Shown: positions 24,866-34,244, counted from the first letter of the stretch. The stretch: DNA of 64,000 nt from Candidatus Parcubacteria bacterium (GCA_002869265.1 PKTH01000040.1:5120-69119); one strand, 5' to 3'. Program-made: numbers and translations. Notes: a model not told the origin generated them from the letters alone.

Positions 24866-26818
24866 ATGGGAAAATCTTTAGTATTAGGAAACGGGAATAC
24901 TTTAATAGGGCTAGACAATAAGGGTCAGCTAGTTGATTTTTATTATCATAAAGTCGGAATGGAAAACCATGTTGGCTATGGAAATCTTTTTCGTATCGGC
25001 GTTAGAATCGATGGTGATTTTTCATGGTTTAATAACGATATATGGAAAATTAAAATTTCTTACAAAGGAGATTCTCTAACCTCAAATATTGAAGCCTTAA
25101 ATGAACAAGACCAAATAAAAATAACCATAAATGATGTCGTTGATAATAAAAGAGATGTTTTTGTTAGAAGACTAAAAGTAAAAAACCTTTCTTCCAAGAG
25201 AAGAGATATTAAATTATTTTTTACTCAACAATTTAAAATAAATGCTACCAGCAAAAGAGACACGGGTTATTATGATTCAGAAAACGATTTACTAATCCAC
25301 TATAAGGGGCGAAGGGTTTTTGCCACATGTTCCAAAATCAAAAATAAATATTTTGATGACTATACGGTCGGGAATTATGGTATCGATGATAAAGAAGGTG
25401 CCTGGAAAGACGCAGAGGATGGAGAACTTTCCAAGTGCAATATTGAACATGGCTCTGTGGATTCTGTTATTGCCAACACATTTCGAGTTTCAGGAAAATC
25501 AACCGAAGAGGTTTTTTATTGGATAACAACAGGCAAAAGCTTTAAAGAAGCAATTGAGCTTAGCCAAGAAATTGAAAAAATAAAACCAGAGCAAATCATT
25601 AAAAAAACAAGTGAATATTGGAAATCCTGGGTAAATAAAAAAGATATGGATTTTGCCGATCTTGACGATGACATAAAAGACTTTTACAAGACATCTCTAC
25701 TGATGATTAGGACCCACACTGGTAATTCTGGCGAAATAATAGCCTCTGGTGACTCAGATATGTACCAATACGGCAAAGATACCTATGCTTATGTTTGGCC
25801 TCGTGATGGCGCTTTTGTGAGCATGGCGCTAGATTTGGCTGGCTATGGAACCCTAACTAGGAACTTTTTTGATTTTTGTGTTGAAGCCATGGATGAAAGA
25901 GGTTTCTTCTATCATAAATACCTACCAGACAGATCTGTGGGTAGTTCTTGGCATCCATGGACCTTCGAGGGGAAACCTAGACTCGCTATCCAAGAGGATG
26001 AAACTGCTTTGATCCTTTGTGCCCTAGATAAACACTATGAAGAGACGCTAGACATGGAATATATTGCAGAAGTCTACCCCACTCTAATAAAGCCAGCCGC
26101 TGAGTTCATGTGTAACTACAGAGACAAAAATGGTATGCCCTTAGCAAGTTATGATCTCTGGGAGCAAGACTATGCCACTCACACATTTACTTGCGCTACT
26201 GTATATGGCGGCTTGATGGCTGCATCCAAGTTCGCTCACATTCTCGGTAAAGATAAATCCAGTGAACATTACGCAAGCGTCGCTTGGCAGATTAAAAAAG
26301 GAATAATGAAATATTTATTTAATAAAGATAAAGGTTATTTTTATAAATCAATAAAAATAGTAGATGATAGATATGAGATTTCTGATGTAGTAGATATTAG
26401 TAGCTTCTACGCTGTTTATTACTTCTCTGTTCTAGAAGCAGGTAATGAAAAACTCGATCAAGCATTTAATGTTGTTTTAGATAATCTTTCAATGCAAACT
26501 CCTATCGGCGGCACCTCACGTTATGTTGGAGATAATTTTCATAGGGTAAACCAAGACGCCCCCTCCAATCCTTGGTATCTAACTACTTTTTGGAGAGCGC
26601 AATACCAAGTAGCAAAAGCAAAAAGTAGAAAAGAATTGTCAGAAATAAAAGAAACCATCAGGTGGGCAATTAATTTAGCCACTCCTTCGAAGATGATGGC
26701 TGAACAGGTAAAGTCAGATACTGGAGAACAAATTTCAGCCTCCCCTCTAACCTGGAGTCATGCTGAATTAGTTTCACTTGTGTTGAGTTATATTAAAAAA
26801 TATAAAGAATTAAAATAG
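24866..26818 (+). CDS. GH15 glucoamylase/glucodextranase-like hydrolase
   Basis: YAYVWPRDGAFVSMAL, LWEQDYATHTFTCATVYGGL and SASPLTWSHAELV match the GH15 catalytic-domain motifs. Confidence 0.85.
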   Translation: MGKSLVLGNGNTLIGLDNKGQLVDFYYHKVGMENHVGYGNLFRIGVRIDGDFSWFNNDIWKIKISYKGDSLTSNIEALNEQDQIKITINDVVDNKRDVFVRRLKVKNLSSKRRDIKLFFTQQFKINATSKRDTGYYDSENDLLIHYKGRRVFATCSKIKNKYFDDYTVGNYGIDDKEGAWKDAEDGELSKCNIEHGSVDSVIANTFRVSGKSTEEVFYWITTGKSFKEAIELSQEIEKIKPEQIIKKTSEYWKSWVNKKDMDFADLDDDIKDFYKTSLLMIRTHTGNSGEIIASGDSDMYQYGKDTYAYVWPRDGAFVSMALDLAGYGTLTRNFFDFCVEAMDERGFFYHKYLPDRSVGSSWHPWTFEGKPRLAIQEDETALILCALDKHYEETLDMEYIAEVYPTLIKPAAEFMCNYRDKNGMPLASYDLWEQDYATHTFTCATVYGGLMAASKFAHILGKDKSSEHYASVAWQIKKGIMKYLFNKDKGYFYKSIKIVDDRYEISDVVDISSFYAVYYFSVLEAGNEKLDQAFNVVLDNLSMQTPIGGTSRYVGDNFHRVNQDAPSNPWYLTTFWRAQYQVAKAKSRKELSEIKETIRWAINLATPSKMMAEQVKSDTGEQISASPLTWSHAELVSLVLSYIKKYKELK

Positions 26819-26861
26819 CTCATATTTTTACAAGTCTATTAATTGTCTTCTCTCTATAGAA

Positions 26862-26890
26862 AAAGACACTCGTTTATGGGTGTCTTTTTT
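26862..26890 (+). terminator. Terminator after the GH15 gene
   Basis: aaagacac/gtgtcttt hairpin followed by a T-run. Confidence 0.7.
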
Positions 26891-26892
26891 CA

Positions 26893-26967
<75 letters not shown>

Positions 26968-27004
26968 CTATAGCCAATTGCTCCCAAAAGGAAGTACTGT
27001 GGCA

Positions 27005-27031
27005 TAAAAAAATAACTACTAAGAAGTTATT
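27005..27031 (-). terminator. Terminator after the TPR gene
   Basis: aataact/agttatt AT-rich hairpin followed by a U-run on the minus strand. Confidence 0.45.
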
Positions 27032-27046
27032 TTATTTTAAATTTTT

Positions 27047-27859
27047 CTAGAGACTTTCTATTTTTTCTTGAATTTCTGAAAGTTTTTGATTTTCAGGATT
27101 AACTCTTTTAAGCTTCTCTAAAGCTGACTGAGCCTCATTTTTGTCTTTTCTCATTATACTAATTTCAACTAAAGTGTCAAGAAATCTTGGGTTTTTTGAA
27201 TCTATCCCAAGAGCATTGACCACATTATCCTTAGCTATGTCTAGGTCACCCATTTCTTTGGATATTAAGGCCATCTCAAAATACACTCTAGCACTTTCAG
27301 ATTGTTTTTCAGTAGTGTTTTCATCTTTATCGCCAGTATCTTCTAAAAGTTTTAAAACATGTTCATAGGTCTGCAAGGCCTCTTCAAAACTCCTTTTTTC
27401 AAAATAGAGATTTGCAAGGGTCTTAAATGCCCGCACGTCTTTTGTGTCTATCCCAATAATTTCTATAAGTGCTTTTTCAGCTGCGGCAAAATCTTTTTCT
27501 TTGATGTTGTTATCAACTTCTAAATACAGATCATTTAACTTCTTGTCCTTACCTTCCTGATCTAGTGTTTTTACGGGCGCGTGTTTTTCCTTTACTTCAT
27601 TTAGCTTTTCATAGATATAAGAAAAAGTTTTGCCAGTAACTTGCATAACTGGTCCAAGGTTTTTTCGGATACGAAAATTCCATTTCAAAAAACTTCGTTT
27701 AAGTCTTTCTGTCACTAAGCGCTCTTTGAACCGAGCCTCCTTTTCGGCTGGCATATTATCCACGTCTAAATTAGCAAGAGCTGAAAATTTTCTGACAACT
27801 ATTGTTATGATTATACTTAAACTGATTAGTATTATTATTAAAGGAATAATATTAAACAT
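27047..27859 (-). CDS. Membrane-anchored TPR-repeat protein
   Basis: N-terminal TM segment (IIPLIIILISLSIIITIVV). Repeated A..-Y/F..-A 34-aa-like units follow (AFKTLANLYFEKRSFEEALQTYEHVLKL...). Confidence 0.7.
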   Translation of the reverse strand: MFNIIPLIIILISLSIIITIVVRKFSALANLDVDNMPAEKEARFKERLVTERLKRSFLKWNFRIRKNLGPVMQVTGKTFSYIYEKLNEVKEKHAPVKTLDQEGKDKKLNDLYLEVDNNIKEKDFAAAEKALIEIIGIDTKDVRAFKTLANLYFEKRSFEEALQTYEHVLKLLEDTGDKDENTTEKQSESARVYFEMALISKEMGDLDIAKDNVVNALGIDSKNPRFLDTLVEISIMRKDKNEAQSALEKLKRVNPENQKLSEIQEKIESL

Positions 27860-27876
27860 TTTTTTCTCTTTTATTT

Positions 27877-28740
27877 TTATTTATTAAAATTCCTACCAAC
27901 TGACCCAAATAAATTCATCTTACCTTCAGCCACTTCTTTGACTGCGGCAATACAAGGTCTTAGTAGATTTCTTGGGTCTGTCTCGTCTGGGTTTTCCTTA
28001 CAGGTCTTTTTGAGAGTTTCTGAAAATGCAACCTTAACATCCGTCCCAATGTTTATAACATTAACACCTTCTGCAATGGCTGCGATAATTTTTTGATCAT
28101 CCACACCTGAACCACCATGAAGAACAAAGGGTTTATTGGTTTTTGATTTAATCTCTTTTAATAAATCAATTTTAATGTCTTCGTTATCAAAGTTACCATG
28201 CGCAGTGCCTATAGCAGCGGCAATAGTATCTACTCCTGTTTTTTCTGAAAATTCAATAACTTCCTCTAGCTTTGCTATAGGGACATCCTCAATGGTACCC
28301 CCAACTGCTCCGTGTCCACCCATTATTGGCCCGATTTCCCCTTGCACCCAAACTCCTTTTTCGTGAGCAAAATCAATAACCTCCTTTGACAACTTTAAAT
28401 TCTCCTCAAAAGGCAAGGCAGAAGCATCAATATGAACAGAAGTAAATCCAGCTTTAATGCATTCATAGACCACATGATCTGTTTTACCGTGATCAAGGTG
28501 GAAAGTGACAGGAACGTCAGGGGCTATGTTTTCTGCTGCTGTCGTTACTAAATCAACAAAATTCTTTAAACCAATATATTTAATCGCTCCCTCAGAGGCT
28601 TGAATAATTACTGGAGAATCTAATTTTTGAGCTGTCTCAGCCACTGCAAGTATTGATTCCAGATTGTGGACATTAAAAGCCCCTACTGCATACTTGTTTT
28701 CTTCAGCATGCTTAACTATATCCTTGATGTGTGTTAACAT
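27877..28740 (-). CDS. fba: Class II fructose-bisphosphate aldolase
   Basis: YAVGAFNVHN, VIIQASEG, FHLDHG, SVHIDAS and VLHGGSG motifs. Confidence 0.9.
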   Translation of the reverse strand: MLTHIKDIVKHAEENKYAVGAFNVHNLESILAVAETAQKLDSPVIIQASEGAIKYIGLKNFVDLVTTAAENIAPDVPVTFHLDHGKTDHVVYECIKAGFTSVHIDASALPFEENLKLSKEVIDFAHEKGVWVQGEIGPIMGGHGAVGGTIEDVPIAKLEEVIEFSEKTGVDTIAAAIGTAHGNFDNEDIKIDLLKEIKSKTNKPFVLHGGSGVDDQKIIAAIAEGVNVINIGTDVKVAFSETLKKTCKENPDETDPRNLLRPCIAAVKEVAEGKMNLFGSVGRNFNK

Positions 28741-28743
28741 ATT

Positions 28744-29514
28744 TTATTTTTTTAATATTTTATTTGCTACGTGTAAAAATTCATCTGGATTCAAACTTGC
28801 TACACCGACCAAAAGGCCGTCAATATTATCAAGACCATTAAACCCAACTACGTTGTCTTTGTTTATACTCCCTCCATAAATAATTTTGAAATTATTCTCA
28901 ACAACATCTTCACCAAACATATCATTTAAGGTTAAACGAATAATCTTGTGGGCATAATCAGCCTCCGCGGGTTCAATTGCTGTCCCAGAGCCAATTGCCC
29001 AAATAGGTTCATAGGCAACAATTATTTCCTGATTGTCTTTAACCTCGATACCAGTCAAGGCTTGTTGAAGTTGTTCAAATAAAACATAATCTCTTCGGTC
29101 GGTTTTTCTTTCATCCCAGTTCTCTCCAATACAAACAATTGGCACCATATTCTCAACTGCCAACACGGCTTTTAGTTCCTTATGAATCATCTCATAGTTT
29201 TCCATTAAAAATTTCCTTCTCTCCGAATGGCCAATTATCACGTATTTACAACCAGCCTCTTTAAGCATACTAGCAGAAACCTCACCTGAATATGCCCCCA
29301 ACTCCTCCCAGAAAACGTCTTGGGCACCAAGACCAATGGTTGACCCTTGAATAATGTTATTCACCTCACAAATTGAAAGAAAGTTTGGACATATTACAAC
29401 CTCATCCTCACTAAAATTTGTAAACTTTTCTTTTACATCTTGGGCCAATTTCTTGCTTTCCGCCAAAGTAAGTTTCATCTTCCAGTTGGCAATTACAATT
29501 TTATTTTTACTCAT
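28744..29514 (-). CDS. tpiA: Triosephosphate isomerase
   Basis: IANWKMK, IIGHSERR, AYEPIWAIGSG and YGGSI motifs. Confidence 0.92.
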   Translation of the reverse strand: MSKNKIVIANWKMKLTLAESKKLAQDVKEKFTNFSEDEVVICPNFLSICEVNNIIQGSTIGLGAQDVFWEELGAYSGEVSASMLKEAGCKYVIIGHSERRKFLMENYEMIHKELKAVLAVENMVPIVCIGENWDERKTDRRDYVLFEQLQQALTGIEVKDNQEIIVAYEPIWAIGSGTAIEPAEADYAHKIIRLTLNDMFGEDVVENNFKIIYGGSINKDNVVGFNGLDNIDGLLVGVASLNPDEFLHVANKILKK

Positions 29515-29545
29515 ATTATATAATTTAATTATTTAAATATGTTCT

Positions 29546-30556
29546 CTACCACAAAAAGTTATCATAAACCCAAGAAACTAAGTCATCAGTTTCATTGAAT
29601 CTCATTAATGGGTCATCAGCACCAAGAACCACTGAAACAACCTCCCTGCCATCATGATTTTTAAAAATACCAGCAAAACAAAAACCGGCTGCTTCAATAT
29701 AACCAGTTTTCCCACCAAGTAATTCTACTCCCTCTTTTGGATAAATACTTAATAAATTATCAGTACTGTATGCAATCTTACTCACGCCCTCCACTGTCTT
29801 AAAGTAATATTCTTTTTTTGTAACAGTGTTTCTTATATCTTCATTTTCTAAAACTTCTTGAAGTAAAATTGCAAGATCCCTGGCATTAGAAACATTAAAA
29901 GAAGAAATCCCTATTGGGTCAACATAGTTTGTATTTGTCATCCCAAGTTCTTGGGCTTTTTCATTCATTTTAGCCACAAATTCCTCTTCGGTCATACCGG
30001 TCGAATTAGCCAAGGCTTTTGTAGCAGTGTTTGCAGAAGCAACTAGGCTCAAATTAAACAAATCAATTATTCTAACCTTGTCTCCCAAATAAAGATATAT
30101 TCTACCTCCTTCTACCCTATCCTCTCTTTTTAGCTCATAGATATTTTCCCAGCCCGGATTGTTCTCTAAAAAAACTAGAGCTGTCATCAGTTTTGTAATA
30201 CTGGCAATTGCTTGAATATTTTTAGAATTCTTATCAACAAAAACGTAATCACTCGATGGGCTGTAGATATAAACACTTCCAGAATTATAATCAGGGGTCT
30301 CTTCTTGGTAAATTTTTTGAGGAAAATTCTCTAAATCAAAAAAATCTTCAGAATATTCAATTCTATCTTCGGCTGTTGGAAGAAAATTCCTAGAACTCTC
30401 CTCTCTATATTCTTCGCTTATCCCTAAAACTTGGCCCCCTTCTTCTTTTTGTATAGAAAAGTCAGCCTCAACAAAATATGCCCCAAAGGTCATCATCAGA
30501 ACAAGCAACAAGCTTATCGGTAAATATATTTTGTTTGTTAATAAAAATTTTTTCAT
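29546..30556 (-). CDS. Serine-type D-Ala-D-Ala carboxypeptidase (S11, PBP5-like)
   Basis: SITK (SxxK), SAN (SxN) and KTG motifs in the correct order; N-terminal signal/anchor sequence. Confidence 0.8.
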   Translation of the reverse strand: MKKFLLTNKIYLPISLLLVLMMTFGAYFVEADFSIQKEEGGQVLGISEEYREESSRNFLPTAEDRIEYSEDFFDLENFPQKIYQEETPDYNSGSVYIYSPSSDYVFVDKNSKNIQAIASITKLMTALVFLENNPGWENIYELKREDRVEGGRIYLYLGDKVRIIDLFNLSLVASANTATKALANSTGMTEEEFVAKMNEKAQELGMTNTNYVDPIGISSFNVSNARDLAILLQEVLENEDIRNTVTKKEYYFKTVEGVSKIAYSTDNLLSIYPKEGVELLGGKTGYIEAAGFCFAGIFKNHDGREVVSVVLGADDPLMRFNETDDLVSWVYDNFLW

Positions 30557-31161
30557 TATTCTTTTTTAGCTTCCTCTGTTTTTTCCCTAACCTCTTCAGG
30601 CCCTGATGATTCTTCTTTCTTTTGATCTGGGTTTAAAACATCGTCAATAATTTCGTCCTGATTTAGTTTTTCATAATCAGGGAGTTCTTCAACGCTGCTA
30701 ATGCCCAAAAACCTCAAAAAATCTAAACTTACGTTATAGATAGACTCTCCGTTGTCCCTGTCCTCTTTTACTTCCACCAGTCCCCTTAAAAGAAGATTTC
30801 TTAGAATAAGACTGCAATTCACTCCACGTATTCTGTCAAGATCTAATTTTGGGATTGGCCCCTTATATGCAATAATTGTCAGAGTTTCAAGGCTTGGCCT
30901 AGAAAGCTCCCCAGTGGTTTCATCTTTAATAAATTCTTGAACATATTTTGTGTTCTCCGGTGAGCTAACCATTTGGTATTTAGAACCATTTTTAATTATC
31001 TGAATCCCTCTCTTATCTTCCTTATAAATATTTACCAATGAATCTCCAGCAGCCTTAACATCGCTCTCATCTTTTTTAAATATTTCCGCTAACTGTCTAG
31101 CAGACATTGGTTTGGCCGAGATAAACAACAGGGATTCTATTTTTGATTTTAAACTACTCAT
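30556..31161 (-). CDS. scpB: Segregation and condensation protein B
   Basis: IESLLFISAKPMSARQLAEI... has ScpB-like winged-helix repeats and lies downstream of scpA; acidic tail. Confidence 0.85.
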   Translation of the reverse strand: MSSLKSKIESLLFISAKPMSARQLAEIFKKDESDVKAAGDSLVNIYKEDKRGIQIIKNGSKYQMVSSPENTKYVQEFIKDETTGELSRPSLETLTIIAYKGPIPKLDLDRIRGVNCSLILRNLLLRGLVEVKEDRDNGESIYNVSLDFLRFLGISSVEELPDYEKLNQDEIIDDVLNPDQKKEESSGPEEVREKTEEAKKE

Positions 31162-31876
31162 AACTATTAACTTCTTTATATTTATTCAAATTAATTTCCG
31201 AAAATAATGAATTCTGATCAGCAACTATCTCTCTTTGTTTAATTAATTCAAGCATGGCGAGAAAGCTAACTATCTTTTCGGTTTTTGTTTTAGCTTCGGT
31301 TAGAAGCTTCGTAAAGCTAAGCTTCATTCTTGATTTTATTGTATTGCGAATAAAAGATATTTTATCATCTATGCTTACCTTGATTTCTATTTTATCATTA
31401 CCTAGCTTTTCAGGTGGTTTTATCCTCATTAAAAGCACCTTGAAAACTTCTTTCATTTCCTCCTTTTTCAGATCTTTAGGTGGAGAAAAAGTCGCCCTGT
31501 CACCAATAGCTGCTTTCCGATTAAATTCACGAGCAAACATGAATTTCTTTTTTCCTAGAATCGACTCTACTTTTTTTGTAGCATCCAAAAATCTCTTGTA
31601 TATCCGCAGTTGTTTCTCTAAATCCTCTATCTCCGCCTCTTCTTCTGGGTAGAGATAAGGAAGCATTGCCTTTGACTTAATCAAAAGAAGCCTGGCCGCA
31701 ACCAATAAAAAATCTGCCAAGTCCTCAGGAACAATAACACTAGTAGATCTGATATGCTCTACAAACTGATCCGCTATTTTGGATAATGAAATTTGGGTAA
31801 TATCTAACTCTTCCTTTTCAATTAATTTTAAAAGAAGACTTAGAGGTCCTTCAAATTTTTCTAATTTTATTTTCAT
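31154..31876 (-). CDS. scpA: Segregation and condensation protein A (kleisin)
   Basis: FEGPLSLLLKLIEKEELDITQISLSKIADQF is the ScpA N-terminal signature. Confidence 0.85.
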   Translation of the reverse strand: MKIKLEKFEGPLSLLLKLIEKEELDITQISLSKIADQFVEHIRSTSVIVPEDLADFLLVAARLLLIKSKAMLPYLYPEEEAEIEDLEKQLRIYKRFLDATKKVESILGKKKFMFAREFNRKAAIGDRATFSPPKDLKKEEMKEVFKVLLMRIKPPEKLGNDKIEIKVSIDDKISFIRNTIKSRMKLSFTKLLTEAKTKTEKIVSFLAMLELIKQREIVADQNSLFSEINLNKYKEVNSYE

Positions 31877-32505
31877 TACTTTTTTTTCTTTGCGGGACCC
31901 TTTTTCACGGGGCTCTTTTTCGGAGATGCTTTCTTAACTGCTTTTTTGGCACTCACTTTCTTCTTTGGGGTCTTTTTCTTTTTTGGGGCAGTCTTCGGTT
32001 TCTTTATTTTTTTCTTTACTCCAAATGAGCCAAGAAGCGCCTCCTCTAATTTAATAAAATCCTTTGTAGCCACCTCCACCGAATGATTAAAGCTTCCTGA
32101 TGAAAAAATTGCTTTTTTCAACTTAGCTAAGTTGTTATCCACTATCACGGGAATTTTGTGCATATTACCAAATGAACTCATCGCCCCACTCTTTATCTTG
32201 AAGACTGTCTCCATAATTTTCTCCCCTGGGATCTTAACTGATTTCACCTTTTCCCCTGTATTCTTTTCTATAGTTTTACTTACCTTGTTCAAGTCCAGAT
32301 TGTTGTCAGCAGGTAAAACTAAAATATAATAATCCTTGTCAGCTTTGACTAGAAGCGACTTAGCGATTTCATTAATTTTCTTCTTCATTGTCGCTGCCGC
32401 ATCCAAGGCTGTATAAACAGTTCTATGCTCTAATATTTCATGATTTATCCCCGCCTCTTCCAGATATTTAATCAGTTTTGGCGATATTTTCGTTTTTTTG
32501 GCCAT
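31876..32505 (-). CDS. YbaK/ProX-type aminoacyl-tRNA deacylase-like domain fused to a histone-H1-like Lys/Ala/Pro tail
   Basis: YbaK-like core (HEILEHRTVYTALDAA...LLVKAD...SFGN..). C-terminal tail KKKIKKPKTAPKKKKTPKKKVSAKKAVKKASPKKSPVKKGPAKKKK. I prefer the start at MAKKTK (32505). Confidence 0.65.
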   Translation of the reverse strand: MAKKTKISPKLIKYLEEAGINHEILEHRTVYTALDAAATMKKKINEIAKSLLVKADKDYYILVLPADNNLDLNKVSKTIEKNTGEKVKSVKIPGEKIMETVFKIKSGAMSSFGNMHKIPVIVDNNLAKLKKAIFSSGSFNHSVEVATKDFIKLEEALLGSFGVKKKIKKPKTAPKKKKTPKKKVSAKKAVKKASPKKSPVKKGPAKKKK

Positions 32506-32600
32506 AATTTTAGTATTAGTAATGATATAATTATATCCTAATTTATAAGGATTGGCAAAGAAAATATCACACATATAAAGACACGAAATGACACTTTTTT

Positions 32601-32634
32601 CAAATATAAAAGACCGCAATTTTTACGGTCTTTT
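32601..32634 (-). terminator. Terminator after the Cys-rich 122-aa ORF
   Basis: aaagaccg/cggtcttt 8-bp hairpin followed by a U-rich stretch on the minus strand. Confidence 0.6.
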
Positions 32635-32638
32635 AGGG

Positions 32639-33007
32639 TTAATTAATAACCCTTTTCTTAAATGAACAAGTGGAACACATGAGAGGGTTTCTGCCAGTAT
32701 TCTGTACTCGCAAACAGTGGCGGCTCAAGGCCGGTACGGTACACTTACCAGGTTTAAAAATCCCTGAATCAATTAGTCTTACGCCCTTCCCGACTCCGTC
32801 AATAAAGCTCAAACGATTTATCCGAACAAACTTATCGGATGAAGTGTTCGGTGAGGCTAAGTACCTGTTAAATGAACAGGCTGTGCATAGTGAGTTCTTT
32901 CCCCCTCTCTGCATCTTGAAACACCCTTCTGTCCAACCAAGGTTTCCACACTCAGGCTTAACTAAGCCAGCACATCTAAGTCTTTCAATTTGCTTTTGAT
33001 GAAACAC
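32639..33007 (-). CDS. Cys-rich hypothetical protein (122 aa) with an internal duplication of a C...C...CxxCSF module (putative double zinc ribbon)
   Basis: GTG start with AAAGGAG 7 nt upstream. Two related halves: RCAGLVKPEC...SLCTACSFNRY and KCTVPALSRHC...LMCSTCSFKKR. The locus is visibly more GC-rich than its flanks and also has a long antisense ORF, so an RNA alternative is not excluded. Confidence 0.45.
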   Translation of the reverse strand: MFHQKQIERLRCAGLVKPECGNLGWTEGCFKMQRGGKNSLCTACSFNRYLASPNTSSDKFVRINRLSFIDGVGKGVRLIDSGIFKPGKCTVPALSRHCLRVQNTGRNPLMCSTCSFKKRVIN

Positions 33008-33214
33008 TGTCTGTCTCCTTTGTGGTGTTTTTAGTTAAAAGGTCTATAAAAGATACTTCTCTAGACAAATCAAGACCACCCGGAAAGGTGGTCCACCTCG
33101 TATTTCTTACTGCCATCTCAGCTCTCGCCAATAAAATATTCCTATCTGCCTCCATGTCTAAAATCGTATTATGAAATACTACAATACTTTTGTTATTTTT
33201 TCAAGCCTTCGGGC

Positions 33215-34150
33215 TTATCTAATTAGTTCTTCTTTCATTAAAGCTGAAATGTCGTCTACCCTTCTCTCAAAGCATTGCTCTCCGGCATCGTGAAGCCATT
33301 CCTGTTTTAAATATGAATATCGATAATCATCATCCGTGTCTTTATTGCTTAAATAAAAATTAGCACAAATCCTATACTTAGTGTCTTCTATAACACTATA
33401 GGCGAAAAATTCATTTGACCCTGGGCTATACAGATTTTTTTCCTGAACCAGCGTATTTGATTCATTAAGCAGCTCTCTCAATTCAGCTGGTATCTGATTG
33501 TTTAATCTATAGTATTCACTAATAGAGTTATCAACATTGCTCAACCTGAGTAAAGTTTCGTTATCTATCTTTCTTAGTCTGGCGTCTTTCGGAGATTCTA
33601 CAAAAATAAACGCAGATACTAATGTCACCAACACTACCAGAGCAGTTACAGATGAATAAATTAAGACTACCCTGTCCTTTTTGCCAAGCACTTCCTTCCG
33701 CTTGAGATCATAAAAATAATAAGAAAAAACTGTTCCAGCAATAGCGACGGCGGTGATGGCCTTAAGTATGAATTTCAATGTAAGTTCACCATCTAGAAAA
33801 TTGAAAATAATTCCCACAAACCAACCGGACATAACAATAAAAGAAATTAACAAAATTAAATAAGATAACCACTTCCTTATCTGAGAGTCTTTTTCTAGTT
33901 CACCAGAATGCAAACTCTTATTAATTAGATGCGAAACATAATAGAAAATCGGTGCGGAAATTATAATCGAAGAAATTGAAAATCGAAGAGACGAAGAGGA
34001 ATAAGTGCCCCGAAGTTCATTAAGAACATCCACCACGTATTTGTTAATAATCTGAAAGATTATTGAACCAGTGGCCATTGCTAAAGAGATAAGAGAAATC
34101 AGAGACAAAAGATAAAAAAACGCAAATTTTGCAGGATTATTATTAGTCAT
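33215..34150 (-). CDS. Multi-pass membrane protein of unknown function (N-terminal 4-TM region, soluble C-terminal domain)
   Basis: Hydrophobic helices across the first ~190 aa; I recognise no catalytic motif. Confidence 0.6.
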   Translation of the reverse strand: MTNNNPAKFAFFYLLSLISLISLAMATGSIIFQIINKYVVDVLNELRGTYSSSSLRFSISSIIISAPIFYYVSHLINKSLHSGELEKDSQIRKWLSYLILLISFIVMSGWFVGIIFNFLDGELTLKFILKAITAVAIAGTVFSYYFYDLKRKEVLGKKDRVVLIYSSVTALVVLVTLVSAFIFVESPKDARLRKIDNETLLRLSNVDNSISEYYRLNNQIPAELRELLNESNTLVQEKNLYSPGSNEFFAYSVIEDTKYRICANFYLSNKDTDDDYRYSYLKQEWLHDAGEQCFERRVDDISALMKEELIR

Positions 34151-34213
34151 ATTTTTAATTTATTTATTAATATAATATATTAGTTAAATTAAATATATAT
34201 TAATTTAATTATA

Positions 34214-34244
34214 ACAAAAAAAGAAGTGCTTCAACACACTTCTT
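34214..34244 (-). terminator. Terminator after aspS (bidirectional-looking)
   Basis: aagaagtg/cacttctt 8-bp hairpin flanked by an A-run and a T-run. Confidence 0.7.

Noticed and set aside
32670-32999. Plus-strand 109-aa ORF in the GC-rich patch
   Set aside because: It has no SD and an implausible Pro/Leu/Ser-rich sequence. It is antisense to the better-supported Cys-rich ORF, and the long antisense frame is explained by the local GC content.
32601-33214. Possibility that the GC-rich unit is RNase P RNA, tmRNA or SRP RNA
   Set aside because: I found no GGAAAGUCC/ACAGAAnnCGGCUUA pair able to form P4. There is no tRNA-like 3' end (GGUUCGAnUCC...CCA) or resume-codon tag region for tmRNA, and no SRP helix-8 motif. 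This was checked only by eye, so it is kept as an open alternative in the findings.
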